Notes: a model not told the origin generated them from the letters alone. A stretch of DNA of 62,267 bases, filler included, from Porpidia crustulata (GCA_964255105.1; 9 parts of 9 records of this genome joined end to end with filler, not necessarily neighbours in it); one strand, 5' to 3'. Shown: positions 24,500 through 36,655, numbered from the whole stretch's first letter. A program made the numbers and translations.

Positions 24500-26093
24500 C
24501 CTTCAAGTCATCTGCCAGATTTATGCGATTGTAAAGCTATCAGGATGAACGTTTTATTGGCTGTCAGCCTGGGGCGCTGGGGCGTTGAGGCTCTGTCATG
24601 GGGTGTACACAGCATCAGTGGCATTCCTCACGGAACAGGACGGATACCCTGTTTGCGATTATAGTAGTGTACTGTGCAGACCAGTGCACTACGTACGTAA
24701 CCAACCCAGCATGCAGTCGATGGCCATAGAAAGTCTAGATGTGAAACACAATTGACATTCCTCCATTGCAGGATTCGAAACGATCAAACCTTTTGCATGG
24801 CGGATCATGTGGTTCTTCCCTGCTTCTGACTCTTCCAAAATTGTGCTTCTTTCTGCTTGATTTCGGGCTATGCTATCGGCTTTGAATTGGGGATCCCGGC
24901 TGGTTTGAAATCTATTGTTCTCACATTTATTGAAATCATCCGATTCCGATTAGGGCTCGGTTAAAAGCCGCTAACGGAAGGCTTTCGCTCATGCTCGGGG
25001 AAAGAAAATTGAATCCCTTACGAGTCACGATTGCTTTCTTTGCCTGTTTTCTCCCCTTTTCAAGTGCCGAGCATCTTTAACCCCCGGGGAGCATTCGACT
25101 TGTTTGCCGGGAGCAGCAAAGAGAAACGGAGAAAGGGTCAGGTATGCGGCGCGCAGTATTATTTGCCTGTTTCATGTTGCATCTTGCATAGAGTAGTACA
25201 GATCTCAAGGCTTCCTTGCTCAGTTGATTTGTGTTTTTGGACTATTTGATGCGAACTCCGTATCATCAAGAGTCCACTCGCTGCACCTCAAGCTTGCTTT
25301 TCATGCAGAGAGGAGTTGCTTCCAATCAGCCGTCATCAAATATCGCCTAGAGTCCGAAGCGGCAAGGCAAGACACACCTCGGCCTTCCCGCACTGGGGCA
25401 TCGACGCTCCGTCGAGTACTTTCATTGGCATTCATACTTATCTTGACTGATCCAATCCAGGTATCTGATGCATGAGTGTAAAGCCTGGTCGGGTCTTCAT
25501 CTGGCGTAGAATGAAGCGATCATTCTATCATGTACTGCCCAGACCCGGTCAGATTGCTCTCAGCTGTCAATCATGCCGACCTGGTGTTCCCTCGTTGCTT
25601 TTTCTTGACTAACGACACCATAACACTTAGCCGATTTCACAGCCGGGTCTGGTAGACGCCGTGGTTCGTATGGAGCATCTAGACGGCACAAGTTGGATCG
25701 TTCCCTGCCGGAGTGGGATCGACGTACCCGCTTCTGAAGATGGTTTCCGGTGGCCACCGAAGCCTTTTTGGGCCAATACAGATAGCCTGCGCCGATGCAC
25801 TTGGTGTGGATGCCTAGGACGGGACGAGGGCGCACAGTGTGGCGCAATCGCCGAATCACGTCGGAGTCGAAGCCGGCCAGTCAACGCAAACATGGCTGGG
25901 GAATTCGTGAGTTAGTGATTTCGCACTTCAGGTCGAATGGCAGAGACACGACCACTCACCACTAGTCCACACCGGAGCCAAGATGGAATGGTCCATTACA
26001 GGCTGCCCTCGCCGCCTACGCGATCGCGTCATTCCCGCCCGGCCCCAGCTTTATGACTTACCACTTGCTCACTCATAATTGGATTTTGTCAGT
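24500..26093 (+). ncRNA. Candidate long structured ncRNA with telomerase-RNA-like architecture
   Basis: No credible CDS. Nested helices whose non-Watson-Crick positions mostly read G-U on the + strand: 24664-74/24682-92, 24632-46/25160-73, 25485-96/25541-52, 25801-17/25962-75, 25783-89/25999-26005; closing pairs 24576-83/26042-49 and 24505-11/26053-59. Hand-folded only; boundaries approximate. Confidence 0.4.
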
Positions 26094-27650
26094 CGTTACT
26101 CTATTGTTATTGATATATTGTCGATCGCAGTGGGGTGGAGAGCGGGGGGCCAACGGGGGCTTTATTGGGCTACTTCGTTACAGGTTACTCCAGTTTCCTT
26201 CGACCAGCTAGCATGGTAGTACAGGCGCACGGAGAAGTCGACTTCTGGCTGGTTCTCAGCCATTTCATACCCATTTCATCCATTCGATGTCAACACATCC
26301 ACGATGGTCCATTGTCGGCGACGGCTACAGCAATCAACTAATCGCATTGATTCCGAATGGCCGATCAAAGGGGGTCGCTGATAGGTGGATGCGGAAGTGG
26401 ATCGTGGTACGGATTCGTTAGAGGAAGTCAAACTACATCATCTACCCGTAACTTGTCGAGCAAGGGATGACCCGTCCAGGCTGCTGCTGTGGTAAGCTGC
26501 AAGCCTCTGCAAGCCGGGCGCACCAGGTGCACGTTCTGACTTTCCCCCCACGAGCCCTTCCGCTCGATGCAGGCAAGCGGGATCTTGCATTGCAGCCTTC
26601 GAACTGGATAGCTTCGAGCACCATGCTCGGCCATGATGCATCGAGTCATGATGAACAAGCACACGCGTAGACGGACTGGACGAGAATCCTAAATTTAACA
26701 ATCTCGCGGAGCATGTACGAGCAAGGCGGCAGTGTTCCGTAGTGCTTGACTCCCCATTAGTCTCAGCTGGAGATAACTCCATGTGTTCATCTATCTTTCA
26801 AGTCTATCTAGTGGTAGATAGTCGTACATCGCTTAGCCGTCGACAGCTTTCATCGATGATTGGCCCAGTCGTCTCCATCAATCCAGTGCTCCATGTCTGC
26901 AGTATCCATGGGACAAGGCCCCCAATCATCATCGTTAGTCAGGTTCTCGGTTGATCTGCTCTGTTCATCGTCAAAAGAAATGTAATTCAGAGTCATATAG
27001 AGTGTACGAATCACACTAGCCAATCATGATTAGTCGTGTCATGATTTAAGTACCTTCCATAAAGTCTTAGGTTGACAGGTAGCTGTCATCTACTGCGACG
27101 AATCCCGAACCATCCTTGAGACGATGCTTTCCAAGTCTTCAAGACTCCAACGGGCTACTACTGGCATACACTTCCAAACTACTGACACCAAATGCTCTTC
27201 TAACGCCGTTGACTGATACATTCTTACGCTACTTCCACTCTAAATACTCTACTACTGCCGTTGGTCCAAGACCGAAGGTCGTCATCTGATCATATCCGGA
27301 TCCTCCCTGCCTTCCTAAGCTACCAACATCCCATCCGGCCAATCGACCCTTCAGAGCTACATATCCTTGAACAGGATCTAAACCATTAAACTTCCAACCC
27401 TCTCCTGCACTCGCTGCAACCTTTGTGCATCTGCAGCGGACTACTACGACCCTTCTAGCCTACTTATACTTTAACCAATATCCATCGTATCAAACAAACG
27501 ATCGGTTGGTTGTGCCACACCAGCGACTCCATACTACTACTAATTGATTACCCTTCCGTTGCTTGGCCCGTCCGCGCCCATCGAATTCCCCCCCCAAAGC
27601 AAGCACCCCTCGTGTTCGCTCACGTCAACGATTGGGGCAAATTTAGACAC

Positions 27651-27750
27651 NNNNNNNNNNNNNNNNNNNNNNNNNNNNNNNNNNNNNNNNNNNNTTAATT
27701 AATTAANNNNNNNNNNNNNNNNNNNNNNNNNNNNNNNNNNNNNNNNNNNN
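27651..27750. other. Artificial contig spacer
   Basis: N44-TTAATTAATTAA-N44. Confidence 0.99.
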
Positions 27751-28295
27751 GTGTGATTGTTGTTGGTTCTTGGAAGTGGGGTTTTGGTGGTGGTGCGGTG
27801 GTGTGATGGTCTTGCGAGGGAGAGGTAAGGGGGTTTTTATTGACAATTTTTGGTGGTAGAGGCTGGGTTGCTGGATTCCGATCAGGCTGTCAAGACCCGT
27901 GTGGTGATTTCTAGTGATTTCCGAAGAGTTCGTTCCGTGGTTGCGGTCGGTGACTTCTTCCCTCTTCGCAAAGCTGCGTCAGATCTGCCGCATTCATTCA
28001 CATCGCCAAGTGGCTTTGTGTTGGAGCAAGTGAAGGAGCGGACAAGGCGAAGATGCGAAATGTGAATGTAATGGTGGGTGGTTGCCTAGAGGAGGGATGC
28101 ACTGCGATTGGACGTTGGGATGCAGAACACGTAGCTGTGTAACGGTAAAATGCAGAATGATACGCTTAATTGAAAGGGCGCAAACGGACGACACAGGCAC
28201 CTTGAGCGACTATCCATCGTGGTATCATGCTCAGTGCCAAACCGTTCAGCCAAGCCCATCCATAATTACCCAAAGCGCCGCCCATCACATATCCT

Positions 28296-31200
28296 TCATT
28301 GCTTCCCCCTCGAAAGCAATTTACCCTCCAACTCGTTAACGGCGCGAACCCACATGCCAGCCTGACTTGGTTCCACACCAGCCTTTTCCAGATACTCACC
28401 CAGCCTCTTCTCCTTCAGTTCATCCCCGTACACCACTCTCGCGCTTGGTTTCACCTTAATTTCCAGTCCCGATATACCCTCTCCACTCTGTACGTTGACC
28501 TCGAAAGTGACGGCTATCTTTGTCCTCGTCTTCTGAAGCAACAGTGTTGAGTGAACGACCATCACTTCGTCCGCTGTGATTGTCGTCTCGGTAATGTAGC
28601 CAAGTTCCAAGAGCCTTGCCTCTTCCGCGATTGCGCACGCTTTTTGCCAATTGGAACTGACGAAATCAAGCAAGTCTTTGATTTTGATCTCGGGCTGCAA
28701 TAGGCATTGCAATAGTGCACGCATAATTTGGAGGAAGAAGCGCTTCTCGGTCGTAAGTGCACGAGGATGGTATTCGTGGGCGTCGGCAATGTAGGTAAGA
28801 CTAATAGGTGAGCTTTCACCACGGACCGATTGCTTTGCGTTGTTGGCGATAAAAGAAGCAGGAGTGAAGTAGAGCTGGAGAGCGTTCTGATAAGTCACTG
28901 TCAGAGATTGCTTAGCAGCACCGGTGATGGACCATCCAGAAGATTTCTCTAGTGCATCTACACTGGCTATGGAACCTTTTAGCTAAGTTTCTAGCAAATT
29001 GCCTGGAGTTGGAACATACCGTGTAAAGTAATGACTTCTGCCGCACTCCAACCCCGACATTGCCCCTGGACCTTTTCAGCTTCCTTGATCTCTTCTAGAT
29101 ATTCTTGTTTTTGCTCGACAACGCTCTCAATGCTGGTCTCTTTGGCGCGCAATTGGTGCTGTAGGTCTTCGATCATCTTCTGCTTAGCGTCTAGTTCTTC
29201 TTCAACTACACCGAGAGCGTTTCTCGCATCAATTAGCTCCTCTTGATCGCAGCTCGCTAGTTCGTCAGCTCGCGCTTGGAGGGTCTGAAGCTCAGCTTCG
29301 AGATTCTCATGCTCCTTGACCAAGTCTGGCAGCACAGGTTGAAGCAATACTTCTTGCTGAGACAAGCTCTGGTCATCTTCATCCATACCTTTATTGATCT
29401 GAAGTAGGCCATCCTTAAGGCCCTCAAGGAGCTTCATGCGCCATTCATACCACATAGCTTTGCTCAGAAGTCTCGCATGAATCTTCACATTCTTGAATTG
29501 GTTGTCAATGATGATTTTGACATCAGGAGCTGCAGACATATACTCGCGGAAGAGAGGAGGATTTTCTTCCCACGTATCAGCTTCAATATCTTTTACTATG
29601 ATACGGCCTTCTGTGATGTATCTCTTGAGCTCTCGGCAAGACTAGTGTTTAAAGTCAGTGAAATGGTGAGGACATGAGTTTAGGAGCAACTTACATGCTC
29701 ATATAGCTCAAGCATCGGCACCGTACAGGCCCCAGCGACCACACAATTCTCCAATCGAAGGCCTGAATCTATCTTGAGCGCATCTCCAGATCCAGAAAAC
29801 GGCTTCTTCACGCTACCCTCCAACGAGGTATTAGGCGCCATGGTATGTCTTCGTTTGGTTGTCGTAAGCTCCATGAAACGGATACTGGTCATATTCAGGA
29901 AATCCTGGAGCTGGATACGATCTTCTTCCTCTGCTGGCTCGATAGCGGCTACGGTAGTTTCTTCGACTTTCTGCCCGAATGGCTTGAGGGAATTCCCGGG
30001 GCTCAAACTTGACCCAGCATCCTTGAATCTCGACTGCTCCTTAGGTGTTTTATTGCCATCTTTCTTTGCGGGGGATTCACGGAGAGAAGGAGCCGTGATT
30101 TGAGGGTTTCCGGACATCTCCCCTAGGCTGAGTCTTGAAGATCTTGTAATGCGCCCGGTGGTTTGACTCTTTGAGGGGGGTATAGGGAGTTTTATGTTCT
30201 TCACCGGACTGCCACTCCTATCTCTCAAGCGTTTTGGGGTCATGTCCTCATCTTCGTCGTCCTCGTCAAGCTCGGCAGGCCGTTTGCCTAAAAGGCCTTT
30301 CGCTGCGCCAACATGTAAGCTTTTACGTCCATTAAGTTTCTTCTTTTGTGGCGTGAGGCTTTCGATCATATCTCTAAGATTTGTCGTGGCATCTTTCTCC
30401 TCCAGATCTTGGTGGTCGGCCTCTATCTTTAAGATATCACGGCCACTCTCTCGGCGCTGATCTTCTACGCGCTCTCTGTCCAATTCCTGTTCGAGCACTT
30501 TGGGATCCTCGAAGTGCACGCTTGTGAGGACTTGTCCCTGTGGCACGAACTTCATCGCTTGTTCACCTATTGATCCTCGCCGATCGAGCATTTCCGCCAC
30601 CCGGGGCGACCCAAGACCTTCCCTGTCAACCCCAAGGCCAGAAGATCTCCTGCGCCGAGGTTTGAGAACAATGTTTGGTGTGGTGATGCCAGTGGTTATA
30701 TCCTCCTGAAATAAGCGATTGGAAATGATCGATTTTGGAGAATTAGCTTTTTTAACCTCCACGTCAAATAGCTTTTTTGGTGAACCAGTTCGTAACGTTA
30801 CATTTTTGGACGGCGGCGTCTTTCCAGGAGTAATGGGACGTACTGGGACTGGCGTTAATTGCTTTGAAGGAGTTGTAGGTTTCTTCGAAGGTGTCGATCG
30901 TTTTGATACGGGCTTAGTGGTCAAAGATCGTCTTGAGCCTACGCTTCTTCGAGTACTATTTCGATGCTGCGAGGCTGTGAGACTTGGGCTACCGGTCTCA
31001 GATGCAGTTGCAGTCAAATGGGACAAGGTGCGATCGACAGGGAGGCTGTGGTCAGAAGAATCTCCGAGAGTACCCTCATGGAATGGAGAGCCAGACAGTT
31101 GGCCACTATCGGTCTCTCGTTCCATGATCAACTTCGCTTCGATCTTGTTGCTGGTACTGAGCTGTGGAGCTAGGATGGCACCAATCGCAGTCGTAATATC

Positions 31201-33237
31201 CATATCAATCATCTGGTCATCTGCAGCTTCGGTACGCTCTGTTATGAAAGGCAAGATGCCACCGGCGGCAAAAGTTATGTCCATATCCATGTCCTCTGCA
31301 CTGAGGGACGACCTTTCGCTTTCGCGTCGCCTGTCTTCACCAATCAGTGTTTGACTCACCGGGCGGTTCTCAGCCAATTGATCGACTTTGCTTTCGCTTT
31401 CATTCTTCTTGTGTACTACACCACCTACGACCGATGTAAATTCCATGGTCAGCTCCTCGTCCTCATCAGTAGATCTTGTAGCTGCTCCTTCTCCACGGGA
31501 CCCCAGGACCGGCCCGGCTTCTTGGATGCCACCAATCACTGTGGTCAACTCCATGGTTTCATCACCGAACGCGGATTCGTTGCCGGATGATCGACGGTGG
31601 TTGGCGCTACTTCGTTGCATAGCGGTAGCTCCAGGTTTTCGGCGACCTTGTACTGATGCTGCCTGATGTTGTTCCCGGGGGGCCAGGATTGTACCCGTGG
31701 CTTGAGTGAAATCCATAGTTTTCTCTGCCTCAATGTCTCTAGAATCTCGCCTGAAGCTGGCTTTGAAAGCAGGTGAGAATGGGTTCTGATTCTCCTGATC
31801 TAGAAATGCACTGGGATCGCCAACATTCTCCATGACATTTTTTCCTTTCTTCAACCAAGGTTTAAAGGCTGCAGTGACCTCATCGTCCGCCATCTCCATT
31901 GTGATGTCTCCATTCTCATCGTATTCAATACCTTGTGTACCTGCCTGCCTCGCTGCCTGACGAAGCGCGGCCTCAAGTCTACCACTTGAGCTAGTACTTG
32001 AGCTTCCATCTGATCGCTTGGAGACGGAAGACTGAGCAGTGAGGTCATCTTTGTCAATCCCAGTCACAGTCAATTCATCTTCAACCAGATCCTTATCATC
32101 CGAGTCAGAGGAACCACTATCTTCGTCAGCCGTAATAAATTCCCGACTCTCTGAGTCATCGCTGCCAGCGGAGCTGCCGCTGAATGGACTGGAAGAATAT
32201 TGGTCAGGATTGTTGAAGTCAAGTGGAGGGATCCCAGAGCTACGGCGGCGTTTCTTCTGGTGCAAACCACGTTGATGGGCTGGTGATGCAGTGACTTGTA
32301 CTTCCTCAACTTGCACCGGTGGAGTAGATGGTGGCTCTGAGGCGTCCGAACCAAGGGCGGGTGATGGGGCATTCGCAGAGATAGCTGACGCACGACGAGT
32401 TGAGTTGGTGGATGCGGACGAAGTCGTTGAGTCTTCCGGAAGCTCGACAGTATCCCAAGTGTGTAAAGTAGCCTCAGGTGCGAAAGAGACTCTCCGATTT
32501 GCTTCATTGGGTCAGTCAATACTCGTAGAGATATAGACCCAATTGAAGCTACGCTAAAGTACGTACCTAACGACTGTCGTCGTGCATCTCTATGAGCTAT
32601 TAGCTCTTGACGCGCTCTCTCTTTGGCAGCCGCCTGTTGTTCTTCCTCCGTACGAACCGCAACCCGTCTAGGACCCTGAACAGGAAGGAGCTGGGCAGCA
32701 TTATCATCGACCTCTATGGATCCACCAAAAGGATTAGGTAGCACCTGAGGTCCGCGAACATCCATTGTTTCGGCAGGAATGGAAGTATCGATCAATGCAG
32801 CAGTCCAAGACTTCTCGGGCGTTGTTCCATTTCCGCCCTTCTTGGGTGACGTCCTTAGGCTGCCACGAGCTGGGATTTGTTTTGGAGGTGAAATTGGTAT
32901 CGTTGGCTTCAAAATAGACTTAATCTGAGGCGGTAAAGCAGACTGTACCCAGACATTCTTTAGTATATTCCGCTTTACAAGCTGTATATATGGAGTATCT
33001 TACCGCACGTCGATTACCAGCATTCTCCTTTAGGGCATCCAACCCGCCAGGTCCTATACTCTTGCTACGGGACTTTTTTCCAATTGGCTTACTCAGAGCT
33101 GTAAGACTTGATAATGCTGCAGAATCAACTGTAAGATTCTCCTTGTCACCACTGATCTCCGGGGAAGGCATGTGCGCGATTAATTTACGCGCCTGCGGTT
33201 GCGTGGTTGCTTTGGATGGACTCTGGATGGTAGTCAT
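28296..33237 (-). CDS. SPC105: Kinetochore scaffold Spc105/Spc7 (KNL1), multi-exon
   Basis: KSRSKSIGPGG; SILK and RRVSFAP PP1-docking motifs after splicing; MELT-like repeats (MDFT, MELT, MEFT, MDIT x2); IQLQDFLNMTSIRFMELTTTKRR; ARLLSKAMWYEWRMKLL coiled coil; C-terminal RWD-like region. Confidence 0.95.
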
Positions 33238-33347
33238 CTCTAGGTCGAATAGGTCAATCCAGTTATTCTAAGTATTACAATCATGCGCCAAAGATGTTGG
33301 AGTAGCTAGAGCTGATGTCAACATGTGGGGAATAGCGTGAATGTCTT

Positions 33348-33383
33348 GTAAACAAACCAGCTAGGCTTAGCCCAGGGCTAAGC
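33348..33383. promoter_or_regulatory. Divergent SPC105/RPS11 promoter: forkhead-type site and a perfect 9-1-9 palindrome
   Basis: GTAAACAAA at 33348-33356; GCTTAGCCC-A-GGGCTAAGC at 33365-33383; 227 bp between the two ATGs. Confidence 0.5.
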
Positions 33384-33464
33384 GAGAAGCCACTAATAAT
33401 TGGCTCACACACGCAACTTAATATTTAATCCAAATAACGACATCACACCCGGCACTCCACGATA

Positions 33465-34118
33465 ATGGCGACTGAGTTGACTGTGCAGTCGGAGCGCGCT
33501 TTCCAGAAGCAGCCTCATATTTTCCAAAACGCCAAGGGCAAGAGGTCAAAGAGCACAAGAGTAGGGAAGGGTGGGCGACGATGGTTCAAGGACGTCGGAT
33601 TGGGCTTCAGGACGCCAAAGACCGCCATTGAGGGCAACTACATTGGTACGAAGCGTTATGCAGAAATTCTGCCGAGCAAGATCTGGCAGGAGACCGTGGT
33701 TTTAGTGTAGAACGACTGACGGTTTCTACAGATAAGAAATGTCCTTTCACCGGTCAGGTTTCGATCCGTGGGCGTATCCTCACTGGCACCGTTGTCTCTA
33801 CGAAAATGCACCGAACTCTTGTTATCCGTCGCGAATACCTCCACTTCGTCCCCAAATACTCGAGATATGAAAAGAGACATAAGAATCTTTCAGCACACGT
33901 TTCTCCAGCATTCCGTGTGGAGGATGGGGATCAAGTTACGGTTGGGCAGTGCAGGCCTTTGAGCAAGACAGTAAGTGAAACAAAACATACCCCGAAACTG
34001 TATATTTCAACGATGCCTGGTGGCTGACAATTGTACCATGAATTTCTAGGTCCGTTTCAATGTTCTCCGTGTCCTACCTCGTACTGGCAAAGCTGTCAAG
34101 TCATTCACTAAGTTCTAG
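33465..34118 (+). CDS. RPS11: 40S ribosomal protein S11 (uS17), 3 exons
   Basis: [20 protein letters not shown]...[24 protein letters not shown]...RYEKRHKN...[17 protein letters not shown]...FTKF*. Confidence 0.97.
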
Positions 34119-34316
34119 GGAATCTTTGATATATGCAACTACGGTTTAAGTTGACGAGCTTGGCTTCTATGAAAGGGTTAACTGGCGTCTATCGAGAGAT
34201 CCCGACATAGTTGAAAAAATTCAAAGTGTCGAGTGGTACATTTCAAAGGCGTTGTGACCACTCAAATAATGACACCACTAAGGGTCCAAAGAGACTAAAT
34301 TCGCCTGTTCCGATAT

Positions 34317-34584
34317 TCAGTCCAAGCCCTTGAGTTGAATGACAATTTTCGCAGGCCCTTGATCTTTTCCTTTCCCGCGTTTCCTCTTCTTTCTCCTCTT
34401 TCGAGGCTTCTCCTCCTCGTTATTCTCGTCCCCACTATCCTCATCTTGATCGTCGTCACTTCCACCTTGTCCCGCCCTATTCATGTCCACAGCCCCAGCT
34501 TCGGCATCCTCGTCATCGAGATCTCCCAGCGTACTGGCACTCTCCTCCCAAACCTTCACCACGCTCCCCCCACCACTAATCATC
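34317..34584 (-). CDS. JIP5: 3' end of a WD40 protein, JIP5/WDR55-like (5' part beyond the contig end)
   Basis: MISGGGSVVKVWEE, acidic tract, KRRKKRKRGKGK, terminal KGLD*, matching fungal Jip5 C-termini. Confidence 0.7.
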
Positions 34585-34684
34585 NNNNNNNNNNNNNNNN
34601 NNNNNNNNNNNNNNNNNNNNNNNNNNNNTTAATTAATTAANNNNNNNNNNNNNNNNNNNNNNNNNNNNNNNNNNNNNNNNNNNN
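34585..34684. other. Artificial contig spacer
   Basis: N44-TTAATTAATTAA-N44. Confidence 0.99.
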
Positions 34685-34729
34685 GGCAAAAGGGGGTGTA
34701 CGAGTAGGCAAAGGGGGTGTACGGTTAGT
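34685..34729. mobile_element. Terminal inverted repeat end of the element family seen at 47885-48445
   Basis: GGGGGTGTACGAGTAGGCAAAGGGGGTGTACGGTTAGT is the near-exact reverse complement of ACTGACCGTACACCCCCTTTGCCTACTCGTACACCCC at 47885. Confidence 0.85.
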
Positions 34730-34950
34730 GATTCCCTTTAAAAACGAGTCGTGACTTTGTTAGAGCTTATCATCAATCTTCTGATCAACTAATAGCACTA
34801 CACGCATAGAACCGATCCAGCACGTCTTGCGATCGCTTTAGGTTCCTGGCTTATCAATGATCATTCTTTCGCAATGGAAGCAAGCAAGCTGCACTCGAAG
34901 TGGTCTCGTAAGCTCCATACACTAGCTCGCCTCGTAGAGCCGAGTCCTAA

Positions 34951-36655
34951 TCACGTAAGAAGCGTGCGATGGAGAGGCCGAACGAGAGGGTCCTCAGCCA
35001 AGGTAGCCGCCGTGATTCTTTTCCGAGGGTTTTCTGCTAACATTGCGCTGAGAGGGAACAGCGCCTTCGAGAGGGTCCTGACGACTTCTCGAATGTCATG
35101 AAGCCAATTGATCATCCTTCGACGGACATCGAGATCCTGGTTCACAGCAGCGATCTTCCAATTGCCCTGAGGCAGAGGAATTAGGCGGAAAACAAAGAGC
35201 ATGGTCACGCCAAAAGCCCAAACGTCGGATTCAAATCCTGCTGGTGAGTTGAAGAGAAATTCAGGTGGTTTGTAGCAAGGTGTTCCTCCATTGCAAGTTT
35301 CCGGATCCTGATACACTTGGGCCGATATTCCGAAATCACAAATCACAGCTCCACGACCGCCTCCGTCGAATAGTATGTTCTGTGGTTTTATGTCGCGATG
35401 TACTATACGCTGAGCGTGGATGTGTTCCATGCCTCTGGTAACATCTATCCATACTCGATATCGCTCATCTTTTGAAAGTTGTGACATCTGCTGCTCGTCC
35501 GCGGATCGTGAAAGATCAGGTCCAATGTATTCAAGTTCGAGACTTAGGATCGACGCATCGTGCCCTAACAACCTTACAACAGATAACTACTGAATAGTCA
35601 ACTCAGTCAGTGTAAGTTCGAAGATTTGCCCTACATGATCCAACTGCGTCAATATATTCAATTCATTCCTCCACGTATCTGCCGACTGCTTTGAGTCAGG
35701 CTTCCGACACACCTTGACCGCAACTGCTGTACTGTTGCGGATGGTCTTGAAGACCTTCGTAAAAGCTGTCTCGCCAATGGTTACTAGTGATTCAAAAGAC
35801 GGTTCACCGTTGGTATTAAATTGTGGCCGTTCTTCGAGGCCCGTTTTGGTTGCCGTTTTTTCTCCGGTGTGCCTGGTCATGTAGCTCTTCTCTTTCGAGA
35901 CATCTATCTTTGGTGTAATTATCGTCGAAACTTTTAGTTTGGAGGATGCCTTTGTGGACACCGCAGATGCGCTACCCTCGCTCGGCTTTAGAGTTCGCTA
36001 GGAGCATGTGGGAGGACTTTGATCTGAAAGGTCAACCCCTTACCAAGCGTGAGCCGCCAGATACCCCCACAAAGCGTTGCTTGTGGCCTGGCTTGATCGT
36101 TTTTGCTTGAGGAACCAGGAGCGAACGAGCTGTGAACTCAGAGGATGATCGATTACACAAAACCAGCGCATCACGGTCAGGGTCAGGATAAAATTCGAAG
36201 TGCACGAGGTTAATGAAGCACACATCTCGATTTCCCGAATTCGGGTGCTTGAGGACCACGTCGTTGCCGGTTCTGAGTCCCTTAATGTCGGATGACGAGA
36301 CGAATTTGAACTTCTCATCAACACGAGATTGCTCGAGGACGATGATTATCTGGCTACCGTTGCTTCCCTGTTTGGCCCGTACATTGTTTCTAGCACTCTT
36401 AGGGCCGGAAGGTGCCTGTAGTATGCTGCTTTCGTCTTCCGAACAGCTGTTGCTTGGAGATGGTAGCGGCTTACAGGGTACAACGTGGGCGATCTTTGCC
36501 TTATTCTCTGCTAGATGGACAGAGTATTTCGCTGAGATTGACTCTGGGAGAAGGATAGCACGAACTGTAGGTCGGTTGAAAGCGGTCAGATGGAATTCGT
36601 CGAGGTTTTCGCCTGATGCTTGGGCATCGCGACTCCGGACTCTTGACGAGGACAT
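34951..36655 (-). pseudogene. Ser/Thr protein kinase with a frameshifted N-terminal (possibly FHA-like) domain
   Basis: Kinase motifs AVAVKVC, RNELNIL, HRDIKPQN, DFG, GTPCYKPPE, DVWAFG joined by one intron. The N-terminal ORF 36655-36032 continues (ATLCGGIWRLTLGKGLTFQIKVLP) only after a frame change near 36080, and a second change near 35990 is needed to reach the kinase frame. Confidence 0.7.

Noticed and set aside
25436..25441. Minus-strand ATAAGT as the 3'-processing site of a minus-strand telomerase RNA
   Set aside because: No template-like sequence upstream on that strand, and helix wobble polarity favours the + strand.
25460..25630. TPP riboswitch, or box C/D or H/ACA snoRNA in an intron
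   Set aside because: No TPP aptamer core, no RTGATGA C box and no ANANNA H box between the hairpins; only a lone ACA.
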